From assembly GCA_965541585.1 (NCBI GenBank), contig CBEUCH010000001.1:64001-128000 (forward strand): a DNA stretch of 64,000 bases, given 5' to 3'. Positions 27,064 to 37,176 of the stretch are shown piece after piece (within the stretch, counting starts at the first letter, position 1; each line of letters opens with the position of its first letter). This DNA comes from an uncultured bacterium (lineage in GTDB: Bacteria; Zixibacteria; MSB-5A5; UBA10806). The notes under the pieces are model-generated. The model saw only the letters and a program-made list of their open reading frames with translations, was not told the origin of the DNA and ran no database searches. Both the position numbers and the translations under genes were made by a program.

Positions 27064-28428
27064 TTGAGCGGTACTTTAGATATAACTCTTCTGGGGCTGT
27101 ATCTCGTCTTTCTTCTGGTCATCGGTTTTCGCCAACTGGCGGGCGGCAAGAAAGGTGTTGACGAATACCTGGTCATGGGGCGACGGCTGGCCCTGCCGGG
27201 ATTCGTAGCCAGCCTCGTCTCATCATGGTACGGCGGGATATTAGGGGTCGGCGAATATTCATACAAGCACGGGCTCTCCAACTGGGTTGTCTTCGGGCTT
27301 CCATATTATATAGGGGCATTTCTTTTCGCCATGTTTCTGGCAAAAAGGGCACGCAAGACGAAGCTTCTCACCATACCCGATCAACTTGAAAAGGCCTATG
27401 ACCGGAAAACATCGCTGGCCGGGGCGTTGCTGGTTTTCATAACCACGCTCCCGGCAGCCTATGTTCTGCAGTTGGGATTTCTGACGGAGACCGTCCTGGG
27501 TGTACCACTGGTCTACGGGGTGATCGGCGGCACTTTGTTTTCGGTATTCTATATATTCGCGGGAGGTCTGCGCGGCGATGTTATAACGGATCGAGCACAG
27601 TTCATCCTGATGTTTTCCGGTTTTGCGATAATGCTGGTATACCTGTTCGTTAATTTTGGAGGTATGTCATTTATATCGGATAACGTTCCTGCGAGTCACC
27701 TGACATTAACGGGCGGGAGGCCGAAAGCGTATATCCTGGTCTGGTATTTTATCGCCCTGGGAACTCTGGTTGATCCGGCGTTTTATCAACGATGTTTCGC
27801 GGCCAAATCGGAAGCGGTGGCGCGACGAGGCATATTCATAGCCATTGCCTTCTGGGCCTTCTTCGATTTCATGACGACATCGACCGGGCTGTATGCGCGG
27901 GCTCTTATGCCGGACTTAGTCGATCCGGCAAAATCGTATCCGATGCTGGCATCGCAGGTCCTCCCGGACGCATTACGGGCCATATTCATGCTGGGGCTGT
28001 TTGCCACCGTCATGTCCACCATAGATTCGTTCACCCTAATTGCCGGACAGACGCTTGGTAAAGACTTCCTGCATAAGATATGGGGTGGCGATGTAAAAAA
28101 GCTGACGAGATGGGGCCTGGTGGTGGCTGGAGGGATTGCGATTCTTATTGCCATATACAAACGCTCCGTGGTCGATATATGGTATGACCTGGGGAGTATC
28201 TCTACGGGATCGCTGCTTATCCCGCTGGCAACGTCATTCAGTCAACGATGGAGAATGCGGCAGAATTTCGCCTTTTTGGCGGTTGTAGCGGGAGGGATGG
28301 CGGTCATTATATGGATGGCCTTGGGTTATTTGACCGGTCAGGAACGCTTTTTGGGCTTTGATACGATATATCCGGGATTGGCGTGCTCGGTGATTGTGTT
28401 TGTGATTGACAGGATGGGGAGGAAGTAA
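27064..28428 (+). CDS. Sodium:solute symporter family protein, probable thiamine or precursor transporter
   Basis: EYLVMGRRL, GGLRGDVITD..QF, YQRCFAAKS, AT.MSTIDS SSS motifs; 3 bp after the receptor. Confidence 0.88.
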   Translation: MSGTLDITLLGLYLVFLLVIGFRQLAGGKKGVDEYLVMGRRLALPGFVASLVSSWYGGILGVGEYSYKHGLSNWVVFGLPYYIGAFLFAMFLAKRARKTKLLTIPDQLEKAYDRKTSLAGALLVFITTLPAAYVLQLGFLTETVLGVPLVYGVIGGTLFSVFYIFAGGLRGDVITDRAQFILMFSGFAIMLVYLFVNFGGMSFISDNVPASHLTLTGGRPKAYILVWYFIALGTLVDPAFYQRCFAAKSEAVARRGIFIAIAFWAFFDFMTTSTGLYARALMPDLVDPAKSYPMLASQVLPDALRAIFMLGLFATVMSTIDSFTLIAGQTLGKDFLHKIWGGDVKKLTRWGLVVAGGIAILIAIYKRSVVDIWYDLGSISTGSLLIPLATSFSQRWRMRQNFAFLAVVAGGMAVIIWMALGYLTGQERFLGFDTIYPGLACSVIVFVIDRMGRK

Positions 28429-28435
28429 ATTTCAT

Positions 28436-28478
28436 TGTCGGGTTTCTTATCCCTTCGGGACCGCGGAACCCGACATAC
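28436..28478. repeat. REP-like hairpin of the TGTCGGG...CCCGAC(C/A)TAC family
   Basis: TGTCGGGTTTC...GGAACCCGACATAC between convergent genes. Confidence 0.65.
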
Positions 28479-28485
28479 AAGACTT

Positions 28486-29262
28486 TTAATCACTCGATAG
28501 TTTCTTTTCAATTAATGAAAGTACCTCATTTACATCATCCGCGTCCAAGAGGATATTGTGAGCAAGCCGCTCTATCTCCTTTTTGGTCCCTGAGTCCACT
28601 TTACCTAAATATACCAGTTTATCAATGAGTGCATCACGACTCCTGAATAGATAACTCTGTCTAAAAAACTCTCTTCTTGTTTCATTGCCCTCCGTGATTT
28701 CTCTCATAATTTCTTTATAGACAGGATCATCTTTAGAGCCTCCCCAATCAATTAGCCGCGCTGGAGGGAGGGCGGACATATCAGGCAGCGTATCAGGGAG
28801 ATTGTAAGACATAATCTGTTTTAATCCATTCATGCAGATTTCGGCAATCTCGATTCTCAAGTTTGTATTGGCGACAACATATGAATCTTCACCATAATAT
28901 TTTCCGATAGCACTAGCCCAAGTGGAATACATTCGAATGGTCATCCTATCCGCGAGGGGATAACGCAATGCCAACTCACAATAAGAAGCTGTTTTTTTCG
29001 GGTGCGTAAGCCCATTCTGTCCAAGAATCCAGGCGATTTCCGCATAAACCAGGCCGCTGTCCTCGGCGCTACTGACATTACTCAACAGGTCAAGACACTC
29101 TTGTTCAAGTCCTTGCGTATCGGTTTGCGGATCGGCGCGTTTTTGAAATATTTGAGCCAATTTGTGCGAAAGATCCGTTGTCGTGTCGGCCCGGAGTGAA
29201 CCTGTCGCTATCATAAGATAGAAGGCGGAAAACACTCCTATTATCAAACGATATTTCATCAT
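28486..29262 (-). CDS. Hypothetical secreted alpha-helical protein
   Basis: 258-aa ORF with signal peptide and AAGGAG RBS; AT-richer than neighbours; no family recognised. Confidence 0.7.
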   Translation of the reverse strand: MMKYRLIIGVFSAFYLMIATGSLRADTTTDLSHKLAQIFQKRADPQTDTQGLEQECLDLLSNVSSAEDSGLVYAEIAWILGQNGLTHPKKTASYCELALRYPLADRMTIRMYSTWASAIGKYYGEDSYVVANTNLRIEIAEICMNGLKQIMSYNLPDTLPDMSALPPARLIDWGGSKDDPVYKEIMREITEGNETRREFFRQSYLFRSRDALIDKLVYLGKVDSGTKKEIERLAHNILLDADDVNEVLSLIEKKLSSD

Positions 29263-29375
29263 GATCTCCTTTCATGAGATAAAATGAATTCGGTAATATC
29301 AAGCCATATCATCCCCATGGTCCTTGCCATTCCCCTAAACTAGTGTTTGAAGCATCTAACCTCATGCGTACAGCG

Positions 29376-30029
29376 ACTGGGTGGCATGCTTTAACCGAAC
29401 GTTTAAGCATGCTATGTTAGAAGATCCAATGCATCGTCATCCATTTTCAAAGGATAATTGTCCGAACCGGAGTAATATCCGAGGCTGGACCAATGCCATT
29501 CATCAGGTATATTCACAAGCCCTCTCCTGACAGGATTGGCATGTATATACTGGATAGCATTCATTACGGCTGATCTGGAAACCAGATTTCTATCGTATCC
29601 TCCTCCTCTTTGCCAGAATCTATAAATAGTAATGCCTGATGAGCTCTTGCGGGACATTCGCGCCAATATTCTATGATTTTTTTTCTTGACGAAGTTTATG
29701 AACCTCCTACTAACTGGTAGTTTTATTCCGGCCAGAATTTTGCTGATGCTGTATTGCTCCTTCTCCGGAAAGATCAACGTATGTACATGGTCTGGCATGA
29801 TTACATAGGCCAATATCTTAAAACAATGTTTTAACCTGGCTTTTTCAAGCCCGTCAGTCAAAAATGTGCAGGCCACCTCGGATTCAAAAAAGTCCTGATT
29901 TCTGAAGCAGGAGAATGTCAGTTCATGGACATGGCCCGGTTCGTCGAAATGAATGATTTTCTTGAACTTCATAGTGAGCAATATCCATGCTTACCCCGAC
30001 ATGAGGTCGGGGTAAGCATGCCACCCAGT
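29376..30029. mobile_element. REPtron-like element: RAYT gene bracketed by inverted palindromic repeats
   Basis: 16-bp inverted repeats ACTGGGTGGCATGCTT (29376-29391) / AAGCATGCCACCCAGT (30014-30029), each part of a hairpin (29384-29412; 29986-30020). Confidence 0.8.
29412..29972 (-). CDS. REP-associated tyrosine transposase (RAYT, HUH Y1)
   Basis: LTFSC, YVIMPDHVH (HUH), FWQRGGGYDR, YIHANPVRRGLV...WHWSS. Confidence 0.92.
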   Translation of the reverse strand: MKFKKIIHFDEPGHVHELTFSCFRNQDFFESEVACTFLTDGLEKARLKHCFKILAYVIMPDHVHTLIFPEKEQYSISKILAGIKLPVSRRFINFVKKKNHRILARMSRKSSSGITIYRFWQRGGGYDRNLVSRSAVMNAIQYIHANPVRRGLVNIPDEWHWSSLGYYSGSDNYPLKMDDDALDLLT

Positions 30030-30063
30030 AAAAGCATATGAATGCCGCATAATCACCTAATCT

Positions 30064-31371
30064 TTATTTCCCCCGCCCCTCTTTCATCCTCTCAATCCAC
30101 CACTCAAGCTTCTCTTTTAATTTGGCTTCCAGGCCGCGGTCGGTGGGGAAATAGAAGCGTGAGCCGATAAGCTCCTCCGGCAGGCATTCCATGTAAGCGA
30201 AAGCGTCCTCGGATTGGTGGGCGTACCTGTAACCCTCGCCGTAGCCCCAAGCCTTCATATGCGACGTGGGAGCGTTTCTTATCTGCATGGGAACCTGGTA
30301 AGCCGGTTTGTCTTTCACCGTTTCCTGTGTTTTGCCCAGCGCCATGTAGGCGGCGTTGGATTTCGGAGCCAGGGATAGATATATCACAGCCTGTGCGATG
30401 GCCAACTCACCTTCGGGAGAGCCAAGGAAATGATAGGCGTCCTTAGCCGCCAGCGAGATCTGCAACGCTCTGGGATCGGCCAGGCCGATATCCTCCACTG
30501 CGCAGCGCACCAGCCGCCGAACTATATAAAGCGGGTCCTCGCCGGAATCGAGCATTCGGGTCAGCCAGTACAAAGCGGCATCGACATCGGAGGCCCGAAG
30601 CGATTTGTGCAGAGCGGAGATGAGATTGAAATGCTCCTCTCCGGCTTTATCGTAGAGAATTGCCTTCTTCTGGGCGGCCTCGGTAACGAGATCGAGCGTG
30701 ATTTTTTTGCCACCCGATTTCTGCACGGTTTCGGCGCAGAATTCCAGCAGGTTCAGGACACGGCGGGCATCGCCGCCGGATAATTGAATAATCTGATCTA
30801 TGGCATCATCCGAAACCGAAAGGTCTATTTCGCCGAGACCTCGATCCTTGTTTTGCATGGCTCGTACGATAATAGACTTCAAATTATCGATTGAAAGCGG
30901 CTCCAGCATGTAGACGCGGCATCGGGAAAGCAAAGGGCCGATCACCTCGAAGGACGGGTTTTCCGTGGTGGCGCCGATGAGCCTGATAGTACCGTGCTCC
31001 ACGTGGGGCAGGAAGGCGTCCTGCTGGGCTTTATTGAAGCGGTGGATTTCATCGATGAATAATATCATTCCTTTCTGGCCGTAACCTATGGCCTCGGCGA
31101 TTATCCGCTTTATCTGCTTTATGCCCGATGTTACCGCGGAGAACGGCACGTACCGCGCTTCCGATTTATTGGCAATGATCTGAGCAATCGTGGTCTTGCC
31201 GCTGCCCGGCGGACCCCAGAGAATTATAGAGCCAACACGATCCTCATCGATGGCCCGGCGCAACGGGCTGTCGGCACCGAGGATCTTCTCCTGGCCAACG
31301 AACTCATCTAACGATGCGGGACGCATCCTATCAGCCAATGGAGGAGTCGTTTCATTCTGGAATAACTCCAT
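30064..31371 (-). CDS. rarA: Replication-associated recombination protein A (MgsA/RarA)
   Basis: [39 protein letters not shown] motifs. Confidence 0.95.
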   Translation of the reverse strand: MELFQNETTPPLADRMRPASLDEFVGQEKILGADSPLRRAIDEDRVGSIILWGPPGSGKTTIAQIIANKSEARYVPFSAVTSGIKQIKRIIAEAIGYGQKGMILFIDEIHRFNKAQQDAFLPHVEHGTIRLIGATTENPSFEVIGPLLSRCRVYMLEPLSIDNLKSIIVRAMQNKDRGLGEIDLSVSDDAIDQIIQLSGGDARRVLNLLEFCAETVQKSGGKKITLDLVTEAAQKKAILYDKAGEEHFNLISALHKSLRASDVDAALYWLTRMLDSGEDPLYIVRRLVRCAVEDIGLADPRALQISLAAKDAYHFLGSPEGELAIAQAVIYLSLAPKSNAAYMALGKTQETVKDKPAYQVPMQIRNAPTSHMKAWGYGEGYRYAHQSEDAFAYMECLPEELIGSRFYFPTDRGLEAKLKEKLEWWIERMKEGRGK

Positions 31372-31377
31372 GTATGC

Positions 31378-31406
31378 AAAATAGCGGCACCGGTTTCACC
31401 TGTCAA
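31378..31406 (-). promoter_or_regulatory. rarA promoter (leaderless geometry)
   Basis: TTGACA-N17-TATTTT then 6 nt to ATG; no SD sequence. Confidence 0.65.
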
Positions 31407-31515
31407 CAAAGATCCGTTGCCTACTGAAACTGTCTTTCAATTCTGCATAGAGCAGTTTGCGTGAATAGGATCTGAAGCCGATAGCCAGCAGGTAAGTTAA
31501 AACGAGAGCCGCTTT

Positions 31516-33642
31516 ATGTTAACATGGGGGGGATATTTGTCGGCCGCTCGTAAGCTGACTCTGGCATCGGTCATATCAGTACTCGTGAGTCTGCCCTTCG
31601 ATATCGTTCTGGCTGTGGGGCCCACGAATTCAGTGATGACAGCAGGCTCATACAATGATGTCGTCGGTTATGAGGATGGTTTCATTGCTGCAAATCGCTG
31701 GGGACTGGAGCTGTTTGAGATAGATTCCGGGGGAGGTCTGATCTCGACATCGAGGATTTTCACGTCGGGACGGGCTGAATTTGTCGATAGTGAAGATGAT
31801 CTGGTTGTCGCTAGTAACCTGGACGGTTCCGTCGAGATCTTTCGAATGAATGGCAGAAGGTTCGAGCGCATAGTACACCTGGATCTGACATTCCACCCCG
31901 TGGGAGTGAAGATCGTCGGCGATTATCTTTATATAGGGGGACTGGAAACGGCGATAACAGTATACGACATCTCGAATCCGTATATGCCCGAATTGGTCTC
32001 CGATCTGAGTTTCAGCGGTTATCCGCACGAGTTCAAGTTGAGGAATGATACCATGTTTGTGGCCGCTTATCAGGGGGGTGTCGTATTGCTCGATATTTCG
32101 GACAGGTCGCAGCCCGAGTTGATAGAGCAATATTTTATGCCGGACTATGTTTATGGGCTCGAACTCGATGGTTCCCTTATATATGTCTGTGCGCACAGGG
32201 CGGGGCTCTATGTGCTGGACATAAGATGGAACGGGAGACCGCCGGTAATAGGGCATAATTCGGAATTCGGATCGGCCAGAGAGGCGGTGCTGATCGATGG
32301 TGATCTGATTGTTCTTGACGGATACGGCGCCCTGAAATCGCTCGACGTATCACGCCCGTCGCTGCCGGAACTTATCTGGTCCACTCCACTGGATTTCAAT
32401 AGCCTGGGATTTGGCAAATTCGATGACATGGTCTTTGTTGCCAACTGGATATACGGTGTAAAGCTTTTGAAACTACAGGGTAAAAACCGGGCGGAGATCG
32501 TCAATAGTGAAGTTAATTACTCTGTTTGCAAATCGCTGTCGCTTGCCAACGATCGAATTTTCGCGGCAGCGGGTGTTGGTGGCCTGAAAGTCTTCGATCA
32601 TGATCTAAAACCTTCTGAAACTCCCGGCCTCGCTGTAGACGGCGATTGCCTGGAGATCAGAATTTCGGGGAATCTCGGATTTCTTTCGAGCAATGAGAAC
32701 GGATTAAACATTGTCGATCTCTCCGACCCCGGGAGCATCAAAACACTATCGAATTTTAAATCCGACGGATGGGTGAAATCATCGTCTTATGCCGGGGAGC
32801 ACGCCTTTCTAGCTAACTGGCAGGGGATCATAGCTGTGGATCTGGCCGATATCAATTTTCCGGTAGAGGATGGATTCTTAGACACCGATTTCGGTTCCAC
32901 GGAAATAGAATATCGAAACGATACCGTCTTCGTGGCCAGTTCCAGCGGCCTGGAGCTTTATGATGTATCGGATCCTGAAGATATCAGTTTTCTGAGCCGA
33001 TTTGCATCGGAATATCCATCGCTCGGTATAAATCTCACTGAAGAGATAGCGATCCTATCCTCCGGCCTCGGCGGAGTCTATTTATTAAGCCTCTCGGGCG
33101 GTCTGGATCTTATTTCTCGTATTCAGACCGGTGGCAAAGCGTATGACGCATTATTGAAAGACGACAGAATCTATATAGCGGAGGCCGATTCCGGCATAAC
33201 GGTCTGGGATATCTCCTGGAGGGATCAACCGCGGTATATTTTCAAATTTCAAACCGCCGGTCGGGTGCAGGATCTCGTATTCGTCGGCGATCGTCTTTAT
33301 GCCGCTGACTTTTACGGTGTCAGCGTATTCGATCCTGTTGAGGATTATTATCCCGGTGATCAAAGAATTGCAGGCGATAATGAATCGCCTGAAATTATGC
33401 TGTTTCCAAACCCGGTGAGGGAGGGAACGACCATCAGATTGGAGATGGAGACTCCCGCCATGGTCTCCGTGAATCTCTACGATATACTGGGCAGAAGAGT
33501 GAAGAAAATTTACTCCGGACTCATGCAAAACGGGCAGAGAATAGTAAACTGGAATAACGGTGATCTTCCGACCGGATGCTATTTTGTGCGGATCGACGGG
33601 GAGAATTTTTCCGCCACAAAGCAGATGACGATTATCAAATAA
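31516..33642 (+). CDS. LVIVD-repeat beta-propeller protein with T9SS-type C-terminal domain
   Basis: Repeats such as GLNIVDLSDP, ITVYDISNP, GLELYDVSDP; C-terminal FPNP...LYDILGRRV...GCYFVR. Confidence 0.85.
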   Translation: MLTWGGYLSAARKLTLASVISVLVSLPFDIVLAVGPTNSVMTAGSYNDVVGYEDGFIAANRWGLELFEIDSGGGLISTSRIFTSGRAEFVDSEDDLVVASNLDGSVEIFRMNGRRFERIVHLDLTFHPVGVKIVGDYLYIGGLETAITVYDISNPYMPELVSDLSFSGYPHEFKLRNDTMFVAAYQGGVVLLDISDRSQPELIEQYFMPDYVYGLELDGSLIYVCAHRAGLYVLDIRWNGRPPVIGHNSEFGSAREAVLIDGDLIVLDGYGALKSLDVSRPSLPELIWSTPLDFNSLGFGKFDDMVFVANWIYGVKLLKLQGKNRAEIVNSEVNYSVCKSLSLANDRIFAAAGVGGLKVFDHDLKPSETPGLAVDGDCLEIRISGNLGFLSSNENGLNIVDLSDPGSIKTLSNFKSDGWVKSSSYAGEHAFLANWQGIIAVDLADINFPVEDGFLDTDFGSTEIEYRNDTVFVASSSGLELYDVSDPEDISFLSRFASEYPSLGINLTEEIAILSSGLGGVYLLSLSGGLDLISRIQTGGKAYDALLKDDRIYIAEADSGITVWDISWRDQPRYIFKFQTAGRVQDLVFVGDRLYAADFYGVSVFDPVEDYYPGDQRIAGDNESPEIMLFPNPVREGTTIRLEMETPAMVSVNLYDILGRRVKKIYSGLMQNGQRIVNWNNGDLPTGCYFVRIDGENFSATKQMTIIK

Positions 33643-33905
33643 TATTCAGCCTTAATGATAATTCAAGATAATTTCCGTATAGCTACTTCGCCGAAATAAG
33701 CGCCTTCGGTGCCGGCCGGAAATAAGCACTTTCGGATTCTATAAGGCCGGCTCTTATGATTGGGTTCAATTCAATCGTATTTCGCCATCCTGATCATGCC
33801 TGAATTTCCACCAAAGGAATTGAATCGAAAGATCGGCGCTAAATGGCGGATCTGTGAAATTCTTTCATTCTGGAGTATAGTATTATGGATATGATATTGC
33901 AGGCC

Positions 33906-34589
33906 TTAGGAACTTGCCAGGAATCGGTCCCAGCGGACCCTGGACGGGAAATGGAAGAGATTGTAGAAAAATATCTGTATAGCAGGCGTGATGTAAGGGG
34001 ATCTCATTTTGGGAGCGTTGGGATCGGGCGCCCATGAAAAATAGACGAATAAGGCTTTGCCGTGAATTGAGCTCTGGGGAATAAAACCGAAATCTCGGGA
34101 GTCCTCGGCCTGGTCTCTGTTATCGCCGAGGACATAGACATGGGCCGGCGGTGTCTGCTGCGGAGGAGAATAGTCCCTGTTGGAAAAATCGGGGGGCAAA
34201 ATTCGGTAGTCTGAATGCTGAACTGTGATTGACTCCGATAAGGGCTCTCCATCCACATATACCATCTTCCCGACTATTTCCACCGTCTGGCCTTCTATGG
34301 CAATTACCCTCCGTGCAACCGTTTCGCCGGCTCTAAACGGATGATTAAATACCACCATATCTCCGGACTCCGGCGTCCCGAACCTATATGATATCTTTGA
34401 TGCCAGCATATAATCTCCGGAATAGAATCCTCCCAGCATGGCGTCATTATCGACTTTGAAAGGGAAGACAACGAAAACCCGCAGAGCCGAGGCTATCAGA
34501 ATTATCAGGATAACTGCTTTTATAAGCTCTCTTTTCCTGGAGATCCTTTTGGTTTTACGTTTTTTATCGCGTTTTGGTTTATTAAGCAT
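33906..34589 (-). CDS. lepB: Signal peptidase I family protein with divergent catalytic positions
   Basis: N-terminal TM helix, GDMVVF and VLGDNR..SRDFG boxes; usual SM and K-R motifs read AM and RR. Confidence 0.75.
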   Translation of the reverse strand: MLNKPKRDKKRKTKRISRKRELIKAVILIILIASALRVFVVFPFKVDNDAMLGGFYSGDYMLASKISYRFGTPESGDMVVFNHPFRAGETVARRVIAIEGQTVEIVGKMVYVDGEPLSESITVQHSDYRILPPDFSNRDYSPPQQTPPAHVYVLGDNRDQAEDSRDFGFIPQSSIHGKALFVYFSWAPDPNAPKMRSPYITPAIQIFFYNLFHFPSRVRWDRFLASS

Positions 34590-34715
34590 GCTCCAACCCT
34601 GTTGTTCTTAGAACCTGTAAGAGGTTATCGGCTTTGCTCTCGTAAAATTGAGCAAAACCACGGCCCTGAGTTTGACTCTTCGTAAGCTGGTTGCAGACAA
34701 TGCATATCGAAACAG

Positions 34716-34743
34716 TTGACTTATTACCTGGATAGAATATTAT
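34716..34743 (+). promoter_or_regulatory. Promoter of the HAD gene (leaderless geometry)
   Basis: TTGACT-N16-TATTAT then 6 nt to ATG 34750. Confidence 0.6.
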
Positions 34744-34749
34744 GTAAAT

Positions 34750-35463
34750 ATGAACATAGGGCTGGGATTTTTCGATGTCGACGGGACCTTGATCCGGAGA
34801 AACAGGCAAGACGGCCTGAGCCTGAAGTCCCGATCCTTTAATTATGCCATTGAAACCGTCTTCGATCTGGAGAATATCGATTATACTGCCATGCTGGGGA
34901 AACGGATCTACGGATTGACCGATAAAAAGGTCTTAAAACTCACTCTCTCGGAATTAGGAATATCCGAAAGACAATATCGGGAGAAGGAAGATAAGCTGTT
35001 TGTCGCGGTCAATGAGTATTTCGAAGAAAACAGATCGAAGAACGATATCCCCGACTATGTCCCGCTTGCGGGCATACATGAATTCTTGAGGCTGTTGAGA
35101 TCAAGAAACATCCGATTGGGAATTATGACCGGTAACATAAAAAAGCATTCTTCCTGGAAACTAACCAATACCGGTTTTGACGGTTTTTTCACCACCGGCG
35201 CCCACGGGGACGACGCAGAAGATAGAGAGGAGATTCTTTCTATCGCCATTGAAAGAAACGGCGATATTCCGGTCTCACGGATCTGCCATTTCGGCGATTC
35301 CCCGCTGGATCTCGAGGCAGCCCGATCGTGCAATGTCAGGGGGGTAGCTGTGAGCGATAAGGGCGGCGGAACGCATACTGCTAAAGAACTGGAAGCTATC
35401 GGCTATGGACTGGTAATTGACACCTGGAGAGATCTGAAGGTTATTGAGGAATATCTCGGTTAA
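34750..35463 (+). CDS. HAD-superfamily hydrolase
   Basis: FDVDGTL, MTGN, GDSPLD motifs. Confidence 0.9.
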   Translation: MNIGLGFFDVDGTLIRRNRQDGLSLKSRSFNYAIETVFDLENIDYTAMLGKRIYGLTDKKVLKLTLSELGISERQYREKEDKLFVAVNEYFEENRSKNDIPDYVPLAGIHEFLRLLRSRNIRLGIMTGNIKKHSSWKLTNTGFDGFFTTGAHGDDAEDREEILSIAIERNGDIPVSRICHFGDSPLDLEAARSCNVRGVAVSDKGGGTHTAKELEAIGYGLVIDTWRDLKVIEEYLG

Positions 35464-36108
35464 TTAATCTGCCAGAATCCCCACACAAATCATATACAGG
35501 ATTTCGCGGTCTTTCCGAAGCCCGAGGATTGTCTCCAGCCTCTTATGATAAAACGCACCGACAGGCACACTCCCCAGCCCCCGGGCGGCTGCCATAAGAA
35601 GGATATTCTGAGCGATATGACCGCACTCAAGAAGCGTATAGCTTCGTGATTCACGGCCATATTTGCGCACGATCTTGCCTGGATTATATACTAAGAAGAA
35701 TGTCACATTAGCCAGAGGGATAAATTCCTGTTCGAGAGATGCCCTACATAAATCATTCAGATAATTTCCCTCTTTGACAGTTGTAAGCTGCTCGTTTCGA
35801 CTGTCGTAGAGGTAGATCCCATCCGGGCAGCCATTGACGTTATGCAATACAATATATATTTCCACGGGATAAGTCGCCCCGGCCGAGGGCGCAGTGCGCA
35901 TCTTCATCCGGCCGTCGCTATGAGTATGACCGTATCCCGCCCAGACCAGGTCGTCCAGAACATTCCGGGTAATATGTCCCCCGGTAAACTCTCTTACTGT
36001 CTGACGGTTTTTGAGGGCTGTTTCGAGGGAGCAGTTATTTTTTGATTTCTCTCTCACGTTACCGGATCTCCCGGACCGGGTTTTACAGGGATAAGCCGTT
36101 TGCACCAT
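35464..36108 (-). CDS. SagB/ThcOx family dehydrogenase (nitroreductase fold)
   Basis: RQTVREF, RTAPSAGATYP, LECGHIAQN, GLGSVPVGAF; start uncertain. Confidence 0.85.
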   Translation of the reverse strand: MVQTAYPCKTRSGRSGNVREKSKNNCSLETALKNRQTVREFTGGHITRNVLDDLVWAGYGHTHSDGRMKMRTAPSAGATYPVEIYIVLHNVNGCPDGIYLYDSRNEQLTTVKEGNYLNDLCRASLEQEFIPLANVTFFLVYNPGKIVRKYGRESRSYTLLECGHIAQNILLMAAARGLGSVPVGAFYHKRLETILGLRKDREILYMICVGILAD

Positions 36109-36225
36109 GATATGATAATTTATGAATTTTTCACAAGGTGTTTTTGCACGGCGATCTTAAATCGAGTTCTCGACGGGCAAAACTAAAGATATTCGGTGAT
36201 CGAAAGGAGGTGATTTTTTGCGATA

Positions 36226-37176
36226 TCAGGGGCTACTGAAGGACGTAGCCACCCTCCATGTAAGACTTTCCGAGATCTGGCGGCCATTGACATAATCGTA
36301 GATCGGGATCGCCAGCTCTAAATCGAAAGATATGCCAGCCGCCGGATTGAGTTCAAATCCGGGCGTAAGATAGATCCAGTTTCCGCCGGAGTCGCGGTAA
36401 GCGCCACCTCCGTACGGATCATTCGGAGATCCGTCATAGGCATCTCTGGCGGAGATTCGGCTCTGAAAACCTATAAATGGGTTGACATGATCTGATAGCA
36501 CCGGAAACAATATATGCCCGATGAACTGAAACTCATTTCCGAATCGATAGCCTCTATCGTTTTTTGTGGGGATACGGTATGCGGCGCTGGCGTAAGCGAT
36601 ACCCCATCCGAATGATTGATTGTAATATCCGCTCATTATGAAATCGAATGCGCCCGTACCGACCTGCTGGCTGGATGACATAATGCCGAAGCTGTCTTCT
36701 TCGATATAGCCGCCCGTGGGAGCTTTCAATCCAAAACCGAGTGCCAATTCCGGTCGGCGGGGCGAGATCGGGGCTGTGAGCTTGAGTTTCACGATCCCTA
36801 ATATGTCCCCGATACCGGCCGTTTTACGGACGACGCGATCATCCAGAAGCGATAGCCTGGTCCACTTGAATGGAATAATAACGGTCGCCGCTAACCGATC
36901 GGAGAACCCATAAGAGGCGGAGGCGATTAGAAGCTGAGTCCTGTTCCAGCGATGGAGGGGATCGTTTATTTCATCGCCCTTAAGAAGCGTTCTATCAAAA
37001 AGTGAATTCTCATAGGCGACCCTGAATTCGTACTGGCCTTTCAGCAGCGTTTTTTGCCCCACGTCGCCGGCAGGGAGCGTTACTCTCCCGCAACACGATT
37101 GTGCCCCGCCTGTTTGCGGGTAGAGGATGACCGCCAGGATCAACCAGATCGAATAGCTAACCGGGAAAATTCTCAC
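36226..37176 (-). CDS. Outer-membrane beta-barrel ('transporter'/MetA-pathway-like) with N-terminal CC motif
   Basis: Signal peptide then QSCCG; GIGDI, GLKAPTG, QVGTGAFD, YRFGNE motifs. Confidence 0.7.
   Translation of the reverse strand: MRIFPVSYSIWLILAVILYPQTGGAQSCCGRVTLPAGDVGQKTLLKGQYEFRVAYENSLFDRTLLKGDEINDPLHRWNRTQLLIASASYGFSDRLAATVIIPFKWTRLSLLDDRVVRKTAGIGDILGIVKLKLTAPISPRRPELALGFGLKAPTGGYIEEDSFGIMSSSQQVGTGAFDFIMSGYYNQSFGWGIAYASAAYRIPTKNDRGYRFGNEFQFIGHILFPVLSDHVNPFIGFQSRISARDAYDGSPNDPYGGGAYRDSGGNWIYLTPGFELNPAAGISFDLELAIPIYDYVNGRQISESLTWRVATSFSSP

Noticed and set aside
33693..33735. Two 17-bp direct repeats (GAAATAAGC.C.TTCGG, 26-bp period)
   Set aside because: Only two short copies with a 9-bp spacer and no cas genes; not a CRISPR array
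35464..36108. SagB-like gene as a sign of a RiPP cluster
   Set aside because: No YcaO, precursor peptide or transporter nearby; standalone nitroreductase-fold genes are common
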